Assembly (NCBI RefSeq): GCF_037042905.1
Contig: NC_087250.1
Span: 16,866,001 to 16,930,000, forward strand
Origin: Lytechinus pictus
Lineage: Eukaryota
DNA length: 64,000 nucleotides
Direction: 5' to 3'
In this document: in pieces, positions 11,534 through 23,935 of the stretch
How the letters are laid out: each line of letters begins with the position of its first letter
How positions within the stretch are numbered: the first letter of the stretch is position 1
Notes under the pieces: generated by a model
What the model was told of the DNA's origin: nothing
Database searches by the model: none
The model's input: the letters and a program-made list of their open reading frames with translations, nothing else
Position numbers and translations under genes: made by a program

Positions 11534-12022
11534 TAGCCTGCTCGGGCGCTGACCTAATCGAGCGGTCGCCGTCGAACGATTTAGGTCAAATATTGAACTC
11601 GTTGGATCAAAGGCTGTCGAGCGGCCGCCCAGAGATCGGTCGACGATATCGCAGCGAATTCAAGATCGGCAGCGCGATTAGTTAAAAATAGGCTTGTGGC
11701 GGGTGGGAGACTGCTTGGGAATCGGTGGGTAATTTTTCTATTTATTCATTTTAAGCATTGCCAACCGATTTTTGTAGAAGTCGAGCGGTGCCCTGTCGAT
11801 TATCAATTACTCATGGCTAAATCTGGGTCAAATCGGGGAACTTTTCTGTTTGGCCTCCGAGCAGTGACATGCTGTTGACCCACCGATTATTAATATAACT
11901 CCGTGCTAAATCTTGAGCGGCGACCAAGCGATGCCCCAGAAACAAGTGGTGCCCAGACGGCCGCCGCTCGTTGCCCGGGCGATATTGGCTAAAAACTCAC
12001 CGCCCGGTCGTCGAGCAGGCTA
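11534..12022. repeat. GC-rich inverted-repeat element, unclassified
   Basis: TAGCCTGCTCG at 11534 and its inverse CGAGCAGGCTA ending 12022; CpG-rich relative to flanks. Confidence 0.45.
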
Positions 12023-12023
12023 A

Positions 12024-13300
12024 AATCATTCCATAAACGATGTCTCAATCATGGCAATAGAACAGATCAACAATAAATACCGCTCAATCATCTTACACCG
12101 AGAATCGTACTGGATCACCACTCTACGCACCCTCACCCCAAACGGAATCAATGTTGATAATTAGAACCAATGACCCATTACATGCCCCACACACGCACAC
12201 ACACGCACATACACACACACACGCATTCACTTCACCTCACTTTACCTCATACCTGCACACCCAGTCGACACACTCTCACTGACATTATAGGTAACTACTT
12301 TTGTATTTAATTTATCTGATCTTGTGTAATATAAACATATTCATATATATGCATAATAATGTTTGGTAATTATTAAACCTGTTACATACCTTTTCGACCT
12401 ATTTCATTGTTTAATTTATAGTCTCACCCGCCCCAACAGGCCACTTCATAGTTTAATAGCCACATCTCCTTACCCCTATATAGTTTAGTTTGGTATGCTT
12501 TTAGTATCTTGATCACTTGATTATATCTGATTATTTGACTGATTATTACAATTTCCTTGCTCCTCATGGCTGTATGTTTATTTTGCTCCTGATGGCTGTA
12601 TGTTTAAACTGTTATTTTGTTTATTATGTTACTTACCGCTCAAACAACAATATAAATTACACGTATATACTTCCCTGCGCATACAATGTACCCTTTATGT
12701 CTCAAACTACAACTTGTGCCACCAGTTACTTGAACACTATGTAAACGGATCAATATAGTTATGTACCCAAATACAAGATACAATATTAAAACGAGTTGTC
12801 ATTTTACTTGAAACATTATCCTCATTTTTTCACAGTATTAACTACACAAGACTCACCACTCCTGATGAACAGAATCCCAAGCTAATTTCTATGCCGGTAA
12901 ATACCTTGTCCTTTCACACACTTAAGTTTCCCAATCGTTTCTTTTGTATTCCACCATCCCGTTCAAGTCATTACACCCTCTGTTGTTATTTTTGTTATCT
13001 TACTGTAATCCTTCTGTTCTGTACTCAACCCCCTCTGTTGTTAATTTCTGTTATTTTGATTATATTAGTGTAACCCTTCTGTTCTGTACCCTTTGTTACA
13101 CATTTACTTTGTTATTTCGACCTTATTTGTATGGTTTGTTCTGTTTGTTTCTATGCATTGTAGGCCTGATGAAGGCCCCATTGGCCGAAAGCTTGTATTA
13201 AAGAGATACATGGAAGCTACGTCTTGCGTTGATGCTGAATTATTGAATTACACCTGTACATAGAACATGACGCGCTGTAATACACGTTATGCAAAGGGCC
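12024..13300 (+). mobile_element. Penelope-like element 3' remnant (GIY-YIG C-terminus, 3' UTR, hammerhead-like motif)
   Basis: 12024-12164 translates NHSINDVSIMAIEQ...RESYWITTLRTLTPNGIN*, the RExxWIxxLxTxxPxGxN signature; CTGATGA..GAAA motif at 13166; ends at a (TA)n tract. Confidence 0.75.
13166..13195 (+). ncRNA. Minimal hammerhead-ribozyme-like motif, possibly degenerate
   Basis: CTGATGA-A-GGCC-CCATT-GGCC-GAAA-GCTT: core boxes, 4 bp stem II and palindromic AAGCTT; stem I pairs poorly. Confidence 0.5.
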
Positions 13301-13309
13301 CTCTTCTTT

Positions 13310-13349
<40 letters not shown>

Positions 13350-14219
13350 AGAGAGAGGGTTGCGTGTGTGTGTGGGGTGTATGTATATACATATATATAT
13401 AGAGAGAGAGAGAGAGACAGACAGAGACAGAGACGGAGGGGAGACAGGGAGACTGTAAGAGAATTAGATGAAGAAATTAAAGAGAAATGACAGAGAGACA
13501 AAGAGAGAGAGAGGGGGGCGTAGAGGGATGCCGAAGGGGAGAGGAGACTGCGAGAGAATACAAGTTAGAGGAAGAATTTAGAGAAAAGGTGCCAAAAGGG
13601 GATGGGGGTAGAGGGACGCGCAAGGGGAGAGGATACTGATATAATTATGAGGAAGAATTTACAGAGAAGGGACAAAGTAAGGGGATGTGATGGAGGGATG
13701 CGGAATGGGAGACAGAACACTGTGAAAGAACAAACGGAAACTTTAATGAGTATGGGTAATGTGCATAACAGAAGCCATAACTATATCCGACACCCTTAAT
13801 CGAAATTCAAAATCTATTGGATTATTGTCTTGGACTCGTACTAATGGCAGTGACTTTGTATTTAGCAAGCATAATTATTTTTACCGTATTTTCATGTTTG
13901 TAAAGTATTTTATTCCCGAGCATGGCCTATATCTGAACTGTTTTCATTTACAGATGTCAGTTACCAGATTCAAGATAAGCCTTTTTTATTGTTGACCTAA
14001 GCATTAGTTTAATTAATGATTGTCCTTCCCTTTCCCCACCGAGTTCTTCTCTTTCGCACATAATTATATATAAATATAGTTGTTACTCTTTATCTTAATA
14101 TTACGTAAGGGGAGGGGGTCAACATCAAACCATGGATCTAGTAGCTCCATGATCATACAGTCAAACATAATTATATACATGATGTGTGTACACATGTGAT
14201 AAATCATTGAATGTACGTA

Positions 14220-14503
14220 CACTGTTAGAAAATTTATCCTTCAAATAAGAGAAGTTCCTGCAGCAGAGTCTCGAGAACACCTGTAATCTTACCAGAATGC
14301 GTAATCTTACATTATATCTTATGTAAAATTACAGGAAATTCTTATTTGGTGTATGGAACCTTACAAATTTTCCCCTTTTTAAACAGACCTGTTCTGTTCA
14401 ATTGTAGAAAATTTCTTGTTTTATGAATTTACAGAATGATTCCGTTATTGCTTTCTGCAAAATCTCGTTTTTTTTGTTGTAAAATCAGGGCTTTTTAACA
14501 GTG
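14220..14503. mobile_element. CACTG-terminated MITE with TA TSD, copy 1 only
   Basis: CACTGTTA / TAACAGTG termini flanked by TA; empty site GTACGTATAGGC at about 35771. Confidence 0.8.
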
Positions 14504-15120
14504 TATAGGCATTTCGTGCAATGCGAGACCAAGCAATCTATTCAATAATTTATTTAATAAAATAGACAGTTTTTGTATAGCGCATGATTTAATTTCATTC
14601 TATCAATCATAAAATTATATTGATCAAACAATCATTCCATCAACCGATCAATCAATTAATCAGTCATCTATCCATCCATCTATATATCCTCCCATCTTTT
14701 TCAGGCGAGACAAAAACAAAACAAAAAAATATAAAGTTCATACAAACCATTAGGTACATATGATGAATTTTGAAGAACACTCCTTTTAATCAAACCACTG
14801 CAAACTCACACAGAATTCTGTATATTTTCTTGTATACCACGGTATAATTATATTGTAATGATTGTACTAATTTTTATATAGTGCATAAACATACGAATCT
14901 TGACCCCATTAGTATTTTTCAATTATTCTATTGAACATTGTTAATTTCTATTTGATAAATTTTAAGTTATTTATTTCAGGGGACTCACATGAACAAGCGA
15001 CGCTTTCCAGTGAGTTCCTTTTTTTCATTTTTGTTATTCATATTCTTACTTTGTAAATTCGTTTGAAATGAAGAAGAATAAATTTAATCAATCAATCCGA
15101 ATTAAATATTCAAATGCATG

Positions 15121-16399
15121 CAGTGGCGTACCGTGGGTCACGGCTCTGGGGGGGGGGGCACCAGCAAAAATTTCGAGTCACTTAGTGAGCGCGCGAAGCG
15201 CGCTCAGTTGCCAGGTATGCTGACCTAATAGAGACATTTTAAGGACATGCAGTGCCATTAAACGGATATATATCTCACTAATTAAATAATGCGAGCGCGA
15301 AGCGCGAGTTGAAAATTTTTAGACCTAAAAGGGGACATTATAAGCAATTTTTTTGTAATCATGATACGTACCGGATCCCTAAACAAACAATGCGAGCGCG
15401 AAGCGTTAGCTGAAATTTTTGTATAATTATATTGACACCAAACAGGGACATTTTAAGGACTATTTTTGTTGGAATCCATTTAAAGCATAAATATCTCACC
15501 ATAGTCATCTAATGCTAGTGCCATGCTTTGCTGATTTTATTAGAATTACATCTCAACACATGAAGTCATTGTAATCATGATTAACATACGCATCTCACTA
15601 ATCAATTATTGCGAGCGCGAAATGCGAGATGAAAATTTAGGAAATTAAGACCTGAAATGGAACATTTTAAGGCTTGTTTGTAGGAATTCATGAACGTATT
15701 TCACTAACCAAATGAATTAGATTGAATTGAATTGATTCACAAGATAGCAAAATAATAACATAATAAAATTGAGAAATACATTTGATTACATACAAAATAC
15801 AAAATATAACATGTATAATAGCAGTAAATAAAAATGATGCGAGCGCGAAGCTCGAGCTGAAATTTTTGTATATATTGAACCCAAACATGGACATTTTAAG
15901 GACTATTTTTTAGGAATCCATTAAGAGCAGACACCTTCCCATTCAACTAATGCGAACGTAAGCACGAACAGGAAATGTTCTATACTAAGACCTTTTAGAA
16001 GTCATGAAAAAGAAGCATAGAATTATCACTATTACCTAAAACAATAATAACTCGAATTGCGAGGAAATATATTTGGTGTATATTGACTTGAAAACGGGAG
16101 GTTTTAGTACAACATGATTATATATCTCGTTAGACTGTCTATGCGAGCACCAGGAACAATGAAGAAACATGCCCTGAGCAAATAATGTTTCATAAAGTTA
16201 TTAAAAAAAAAATATTATGTAATATAACAGAACATAATATAATATAACATTATAATGAACAATAATTTCTTCTTTCCCACTACGTTTCTCTTCCTTTCTC
16301 CCTCTTTTTCTCCCTTTTCCCGTTTTTTTTTTGCCAGACGATTGGGGGGGGGGGGGCACGTGCCCCCCCATGACCCCCCCCCCCGTAGTTACGCCACTG
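15121..16399. mobile_element. hAT-like MITE, copy 1 only
   Basis: TIR CAGTGGCGTA / TACGCCACTG; perfect 8 bp TSD AATGCATG; single AATGCATG at the empty sites near 29266 and 36787. Confidence 0.92.
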
Positions 16400-16551
16400 A
16401 ATGCATGTATTAAAATGCAATACACGAACAAACCATTGGAAATGTAATTGGTGATTTGATATCATTCAATTTGCATTACTGAAGTTTAACGGGAAGAGTT
16501 TACATTCCAATTTCTATAGATTTTAGTTTTTGACCCAGGGGCCTATAGGTA

Positions 16552-16811
16552 CACTGCAAAAACTTTGGTAATGATTTAACACCAGCCCGGAATCTATATA
16601 TGTCCACACCAGAGAAGTGTTAATTAACACCAGTTTCGTTTTCGTCTAACACCAGATAGGTATATATACAACACCAATTAGTATTAAAACAGCATCGGTT
16701 TGATTTTAAAACTGGTGTTGTTGAAACAACTTGTTTCAATTAATACTTCTCTAGTGTGGACATATATAGATTCCGGGCTGGTGTTAAATCAACACCGGTT
16801 TTATGGCAGTG
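16552..16811. mobile_element. CACTG-terminated palindromic MITE with TA TSD, copy 1 only
   Basis: CACTGC / GCAGTG termini, long internal inverted repeat, TA flanks; absent near 29423 and 36944. Confidence 0.85.
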
Positions 16812-18445
16812 TACTTTTTTAATTGTGGGCCTAAATTTTCATAAATGGCTTCATTATTTTCCATTATTCTGGTTCTCTAAAATATGAGTGAAGCATGTAC
16901 CATATCGGTGAATTGAATACAACATTGGGCCTATACGCCTGTCATACGTATTTCATTATTCATTATAAGTTACAGCGAGGTGGTTTATGATGGCAGTGCG
17001 AACAATTTATGTAGGCCTACACTTTGAATATAGGCCTATACTTTGAATACACGGGTCGTGTGAGCATTGGACTCATAAATTCAAAGGTTGTGAGTTCGAA
17101 TCCCCACTCTGCCATTGTCTCCACTTTGATAAAAAGGCCCAAAAGTAATATCTGTCGTCTATAATGTCAGCCACTATGGCTGATTAACCCAGACGTATAA
17201 TGTTTCCTACATAATTGGTTATAATATACCAGTTTGGCGTTTTCCAGCAAAATGCTGTCCTGCCGAGTTCCCACGGGAGTTACCATAAACAGAAACAGAA
17301 TAAAGTAATTTCGATTATAATTTTTGTTTTAATATCCAGGGGTATTAACCCCCGATTTATATATTGTCTATACCACACAACTTACGACTAGTATAGATAA
17401 AGTACACAAATTCCTATACGAAGAAAACCGTTATCCTGTTTGTTATTACACTCTGAAAATCGGTTTATCTATAGTTGGGTAAAAATAGAATATGCATGTG
17501 TTGGAGTACAATAGTGTGCATAATTCTTCAACATTTGAGTGTGTAGTAGGGAATCTCGACAGAGAGAAACTTTACTTTAACTTAACTGAGCTTTAACTTG
17601 TTTCAATTAATACTTCTCTAGTGTGGACATATATAGATTCCGGGCTGGTGTTAAATCAACACCGGTTTTATGGCAGTGTACTTTTTTAATTGTGGGCCTA
17701 AATTTTCATAAATGGCTTCATTATTTTCCATTATTCTGGTTCTCTAAAATATGAGTGAAGCATGTACCATATCGGTGAATTGAATACAACATTGGGCCTA
17801 TACGCCTGTCATACGTATTTCATTATTCATAATAAGTTACAGCGAGGTGGTTTATGATGGCAGTGCGAACAATTTATGTAGGCCTACACTTTGAATATAG
17901 GCCTATACTTTGAATACACGGGTCGTGTGAGCATTGGACTCATAAATTCAAAGGTTGTGAGTTCGAATCCCCACTCTGCCATTGTCTCCACTTTGATAAA
18001 AAGGCCCAAAAGTAATATCTGTCGTCTATAATGTCAGCCACTATGGCTGATTAACCCAGACGTATAATGTTTCCTACATAATTGGTTATAATATACCAGT
18101 TTGGCGTTTTCCAGCAAAATGCTGTCCTGCCGAGTTCCCACGGGAGTTACCATAAACAGAAACAGAATAAAGTAATTTCGATTATAATTTTTGTTTTAAT
18201 ATCCAGGGGTATTAACCCCCGATTTATATATTGTCTATACCACACAACTTACGACTAGTATAGATAAAGTACACAAATTCCTATACGAAGAAAACCGTTA
18301 TCCTGTTTGTTATTACACTCTGAAAATCGGTTTATCTATAGTTGGGTAAAAATAGAATATGCATGTGTTGGAGTACAATAGTGTGCATAATTCTTCAACA
18401 TTTGAGTGTGTAGTAGGGAATCTCGACAGAGAGAAACTTTACTTT
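16728..18445 (+). repeat. Near-perfect local tandem duplication, period 867 bp
   Basis: 16728-17578 is repeated at 17595-18445 with a 16 nt filler; I noticed one substitution. Confidence 0.9.
17053..17300 (+). mobile_element. tRNA-derived SINE (further copies at about 17920, 29666 and 37185)
   Basis: B box GTTCGAATCC; A-box-like TGGTCCAGTG intact in copies 2 and 3; AAACAG-type tail. Confidence 0.7.
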
Positions 18446-18516
18446 TATTTGATTCCCTCATTTTAGTTCACAACAATAGTTATATTAAGGTCAATTGTTT
18501 GCACAGCGTTACTAAT

Positions 18517-18680
18517 ACCTTGGTCACATTTGTTCTACGGCGGCCGTACGGCGAGTCGAAAACAGCTGTTTTAACATCTTTTGTACCAGCTACATAATTA
18601 TAGGTGGTTTGAATAAAAATGAATAAAACGACTGTTTTCGACTCGCCGTACGACTGCCGTAGAACAAATGTGACCAAGGT
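18517..18680. mobile_element. Hairpin MITE shared by copies 1 and 3 (second at about 38682-38845)
   Basis: ~50 bp TIR ACCTTGGTCACATTTGTTCTACGGC..GAGTCGAAAACAG; absent from copy 2 near 30795. Confidence 0.85.
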
Positions 18681-19097
18681 AAAATGAGTGTGACAATAAT
18701 CACAGGTAAGATTGGCAATATTATTCTTTCCATATACAAATCGAAAAATCAATTGCTTTTAAAGTCTCATATTTACAATAGGTTTTCTATTAGTACTAGA
18801 TGCCTGCTTATGTTCCCATCCAACATGTTTAACAAACCAACTGGAAACTACATTCTAAGTGAATGTTCACATTGACGTCAAGTTCATTATTTTTTTCTTT
18901 TTGAAGGTAGCGAAAAGGTTAAAAGAAGTATGCCACTATGTAGAAAATTTATTCACTGATAACTTAGAATTTTGAAATGTTATCTTAAAATGTCAAATGT
19001 GATGAGCTCCGCAATGATTTATGTCATATAATCTATTTCACTTGTATTTTTTTTTTGGGGGGGGGGGGGGGGCGGGGGGGGGGGTATTCATATAAAC

Positions 19098-20255
19098 CAG
19101 GAGCCGCGGAGCCTCCTACTTTTTTTCCAAAACCGTGCACAAAAACGTAAAAATGACCATATCTACCAATCTCTTATTCAGAGTATCCTCACTTTAAATT
19201 TTTTGTGAATTTTTGGTAATCTCTCAAATAAAAATCTGAAAAAAATCGAAAGACCAAGGAAAATCGCACAGAGACTGATTCACTCGGATCTTTCCCCCAT
19301 TAGTACTTTGTATGAAAAACGTGTGTTACTAAAAATACATACAATCATGAATGATTCATCGCATCCATTGCACAGTTTCTTTGGATTCAACCGCTCAGGC
19401 ATTCGCCTCCGTGCACCCAAGAGTAACCGTTCACGATTTAGACAATCGTTTGTACCCAATGCAATTCATATGTACAATGACAAAGTTAAACGCTGAAGCT
19501 TTTGTAATCACGCATGTCAGCATTCAATCCTTGACAACGTTTTTGCCTGCCTACCCTTTATTATCATTATTTTTAAGTAATTCAATTCAATTCGAACGCA
19601 CTTGCAATCGATCCTCAGCCCATTCTTGCCTCTGTCCTTCCCAGCTTGTTATGCACTCCAAAGTCGGTTTTTAATGTGTTCTTTTTTATTATGTAATTAC
19701 TTTTAACGTTATATAAAGCTGAGTATCCTTGCTTCAATTTGTAATACCTAATTATCATTCCGTCTAAGCTTTTTTGCTTTTTTGTTTATCTCCCTCTCTA
19801 TCTCTCTCTGTCTTTCTGCTATGATTTCCCTCTATCTTCTTCGCTCACTTTCTTTCTCCACTGTGTCCACCTTTGTTCTATCCAACTTATTCTTTCTCTT
19901 CTTGCTTGCATGGTCTTTTCCATCTATCTCTTAGTTAACTCTCAGCCGTTTCTCACTCTCTGTCTTTAATGGGTAAATTATTTGACATTTCCCTTCTATG
20001 TTGTATTGCAATATCTGTTTGAATTGTTTATGTATATTTTCTTTCAATATATTCGCCTAGTGTAGATGTCGTTGTGTTTGTATACTTTATATCATTTGTA
20101 TGTACAGCCAGTGGAGGCCAAATTTCTATGTATTTTATCATGGATCAATAATAAATGAATCTGAATCTGAATCTGATCTGAATGATTATGATTTTGTTTT
20201 TGCATGGTCAGCCCCCCCCCCCCCCCCCACTTTGAAAACTATTCCGCGGCCCCTG
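19098..20255. mobile_element. Short CAGG-terminated MITE, split by a LINE fragment (intact at 39241-39367)
   Basis: CAGGAGCCGCGG / CCGCGGCCCCTG termini; absent from copy 2. Confidence 0.7.
19163..20182 (+). mobile_element. 5'-truncated Rex1/Babar-like LINE fragment
   Basis: IMNDSSHPLH..SG.R...RFRQSFVPNAI C-terminal motif (19308-19496); AATAAA plus (TCTGAA)n tail; empty site near 39301. Confidence 0.75.
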
Positions 20256-21041
20256 TATACACATACAATCATATAAATATTTAAATTCATAGAGAATAAA
20301 TATGTGGAATAATAGGGCAGATAGTGTGCTTGTAAAATCCTTCTAAACATTTCTCAGAAAAGGTAAATAGAGGGAGCTGTTAAGTATTAAATGAAGACTA
20401 CAGACAATATCCTCATCTTCGTATCATAGAGACGCATGCGCAGAGTGCAAACAGGAGGACATCAAAAGCAAACACTACTAAATATATCTGTGCTAAATGG
20501 CTACTTATTGTGTTGTCTTGATAAGAACCCACTACTAAAAACATAACAGGTGCTATAGTTGCAATTTGTGCAGCTTGCAAGTAAGTAAAATCACAAACTT
20601 AAACAAATTTTGAAAAGTATATTGATATCATAAATCTTTAATCTTATGTCATAAGTCCTTATTCATATTCTACTAACTACCCTTTTCTTAGCTTAGTCAG
20701 ATTGGTTCTAATCAATATGTTTTAAATTTATCAGTGAATTAATAATAGAATATGGTGTTTATTATTGTCATTTTATGTTTGATTGAAAATCTGTAAATAT
20801 TTTACTTTGTATGTTTATTCGTATTTTGTTGAAGGAATACATTTGTAAATAAATCTAATTTAATATAATCTATTCTTTCAAACTTCGTTGATAATTTTAA
20901 AGAAATATTTTCTTTTTGTTTTGTTTTTTGTTTTTACTGAAACCAAGTTGACGTCAGCATAAATATCGCTTCCCAAACGTCTATATCTCTCCATGAAAAT
21001 TGAACCTTATTAGTATCTTGGGGCCCTCTCGCGTTGACAAA

Positions 21042-21334
21042 TCAAGCTAGTCCAAAATAAGTACACCCGTCAGAACGGCTGAAAAACCGAGCATCCGCCC
21101 TCTTCTTCAGCACGTAATTCAGCTCGCAAACACCACCCTGAATAAAGTTGACAGACTGGCACCCAACGATGTCAACACACATCAAAGCGCATCGTAACTG
21201 GCTCACCATTCGCACAGTCTCCATCACGTGACCAACTAGACAGTAGCCAATCAGATCACGTCCATTGTTATCTTTGCTTGGGAGGAACACGTTGGATTTG
21301 CTGATCTTGCGAAGTGGAGTTGCTCTGGGGGTAG
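21042..21334 (-). CDS. PAN/apple-domain terminal exon, copy 1
   Basis: Phase-1 acceptor TGCATGCAG|CT, open frame with six Cys (C..C...C....C.S.NF....CELN), stop; AATAAA at 20819-20814. Use in mRNA unproven. Confidence 0.7.
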
Positions 21335-22871
21335 CTGCATGCAATTAATCAACACACAGTAATGAAATAGTGATAAAGGCATATTATTAGCATAACGTGC
21401 CTGTAAATGGAGCATTAACCATATTAGCAATTAAATTAACAGTATGATTAATAAAATGTAGTAGTACAAACGTAACGGAATGCAAGCATGCAGACATACC
21501 AGAGCATATTCGCATCGGTACATGCCAAACTATGAATTAGTATATCTGGTTAATTTGTATGTGACATGTTACCCCAAACCCAAGTTAGTCGCCAGAGAAG
21601 ATACTCAGTACATAGAGAGAGAGAGATAAAAAAAAAGATACTTGATCTTCAAAATGTTAAAGTTACAAAATTTACCAGTTTCAAACAGCGCCTCTCCTTC
21701 TCCATACAACTTCTAACATTTTCTTTTACCGGACCTCCTGCTTGAGTGAAGCTTGAAAGTGAAACCTTCTTGTCTCCTCATTTTTTCCTCATTGTTTGAA
21801 GGTCTCACTAAATTTCTTCCATGCGAGGACGAGTTATTTCTTATTAATATTAAAGCATAGTGTACGATTTTTTTATGCTCAAATAAAATCTCACAATAAT
21901 TTTGAGCAACTTCTTGTTGATTATGTGGTGCCACGTCACATTTGCCAATAATTGTTGTAAAATAAGGTTTACATAAAAAAAACCAGGTCTACAAGTTAAA
22001 CTGTAATCTAAAAATAGAAAGGAAAGAATCGGATAAAAAGAGATCTAGAAATGGGGGAGGAAATCAACAATACTAGGGGAAAATATAGAAAGATCAGCAA
22101 AGAGAGAGCGAGAGAGAGAGGGATAACGATGCAATTAGGTCACGCATTTTGTCGGTATTTGTCGTTATTATTTGCCATGTACAATTGCTATGTAAAATGC
22201 ATCTATACTCTTTTGTTAAATTCACTGAACGGAAAAAATATCACTTCTAAAAAGGTGTACATTTGTATTATTCGGGTCGCATTAATCATTAATAATGATC
22301 CAATGCTTTTAATTCAATTGATATTTGCTGTCATTTTCAATGCAATTTTCCTACGCTTTTTTTGCGGGTGTCATGATGTACCACGTTCAAGAGAAGTGCA
22401 ACAAACTACAAGTAAGCATTCTCGAGAGTTTAAGCGAAGATGGAATTAAATGTAATGGATCGGTTACTTTATAGAGAGTTTTATGCATGATATGTTTTCT
22501 AAATGTTACTGAAGCTATGAAAGCAACAAATGACCACTTGACACCGCGCCTTTTTAGTAATCATAATAATATAAATGAACCTAGTTATTACTTTTAATAA
22601 TAACAACACGTTGTATTTTGTATCGAATTCTGCAATATACTATTTTCGTCAATTGTCTCAATCGTCACAAACTAAAATTACATTTTCAGCAAAAAATAAC
22701 TATAATGAATGATCAGATCGCTCGAGGCTGTATCATATTACCATACTTTGTATCGAATTATGGACTCCATAAGAACAAACACGTCGACATGACTATAGAT
22801 ATTGAGTAGGCATCTGGGTCAGTGTTGTAGTGTCTTGATGATCGGTCTTGGCCTTAAATAATGCCGGAAAA

Positions 22872-22943
22872 AAAATCTGCCGGGAATCGAACCCGGGCCC
22901 CCACCTTTGAACGCCGGTGCCTTAACCACTAGACCACAGAGAC
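22872..22943 (-). pseudogene. tRNA-like sequence, left arm of an inverted pair
   Basis: A box TGGTCTAGTGG, B box GGTTCGATTCC, T-run terminator; acceptor and anticodon stems imperfect. Confidence 0.7.
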
Positions 22944-23113
22944 GGGTTAGTGGCTAGGGCGACCACGATCCGATTGACCGTCAGATAGACAGATTTTCGA
23001 CACTATACCAATACCCACCTACACCCGACAAAGGAAATTATAATTGGTATAGTGTCGAAAATCTGTCTATCTGACGGTCAATCGGATCAGGGTCGCCCTA
23101 TAGCCACTACCCT

Positions 23114-23185
23114 GTTTCTGTGGTCTAGTGGTTAAGGCATCGGTGTTCAAAGCTGGGGGCCCGGGTTCGATTCCCCACAGATACA
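23114..23185 (+). pseudogene. tRNA-like sequence, right arm; tRNA-Glu-like body with TCA at the anticodon position
   Basis: Folds as GTTTCTG/CAGATAC acceptor (6/7), D arm, 7 nt loop GTTCAAA, 4 nt variable loop, TTCGATT T loop, then T6. Confidence 0.7.
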
Positions 23186-23340
23186 TTTTTTCGGCATTAC
23201 CAATTTTTCCAAAGGGGAGATAGCTCTGGGGAACTTTGATTTAAGCTACGCCTACCATTGTTCTCTTCATCAATTTCTTTCACAAAAAAAAAAAAAAAAG
23301 AGTTGCCAAAGCTGTTTTACATGTATAATTTCACACATTT

Positions 23341-23434
<94 letters not shown>

Positions 23435-23449
23435 ATATACATATACATG

Positions 23450-23485
<36 letters not shown>

Positions 23486-23935
23486 CGGAGGGGAGACGGG
23501 GAGACTGTAAGAGAACTAGATAAAGAATTTAAAATGAAAGGACAGAGAGAGAAAGAGAGAGAGAGAGGGGGTGGGGTAGAGGGATGCGGAATTGGCGAGA
23601 TGACTGTGAGAGAATAAGAGGAAGAATTTTGAGAAAGGGGGTTGGGGATAGAGGGACGCGGAATTGGAGACGAGACCGTGAGCGAATGAGAGGAAGAATT
23701 TAGAGAAAGGGGACAGAGAGAAAGGGGGTGGGGGTAGAGGGACGCGCAAGGGGAGAGATTCTGATAGAATTATGAGGAAGAATTTAACGAGAAGGGACAA
23801 AGTAATGGGAGGAGATGGAGGGATGCGAAGTGAGAAACAGGACACTGTGAAAGAACAAAGGGAAAATTTAATGAGAAGGGAAAGAGAGAGAGAGAGGGGG
23901 GGAGGTAATTTGCATAACATGAAGCCATACCTATA

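Larger units (their letters stand above)
13310..22857 (+). repeat. Tandem segmental duplication, copy 1
   Basis: Collinear with 22858-33744 and 33745-41938: (TA)n, GA-rich repeats, SINE, PAN exon, 38 bp of a hAT left end. Confidence 0.92.

Noticed and set aside
12862..12890. Second CTGATGA as another hammerhead
   Set aside because: No stem II and no GAAA box at the right distance
21335..21344. MHA start making the PAN ORFs standalone 100 aa genes
   Set aside because: The ATG lies in the splice-acceptor sequence and there is no signal peptide; better read as terminal exons
22051..22809. Recurring ORFs MQLGHAF... and MYRILQY... in the duplicates
   Set aside because: Recurrence is explained by the duplication; ends differ between copies and there are no domain features
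23114..23185. Genuine tRNA-Sec or functional suppressor tRNA gene
   Set aside because: No long variable arm, G at the first anticodon-loop position, stem mismatches; kept only as tRNA-like
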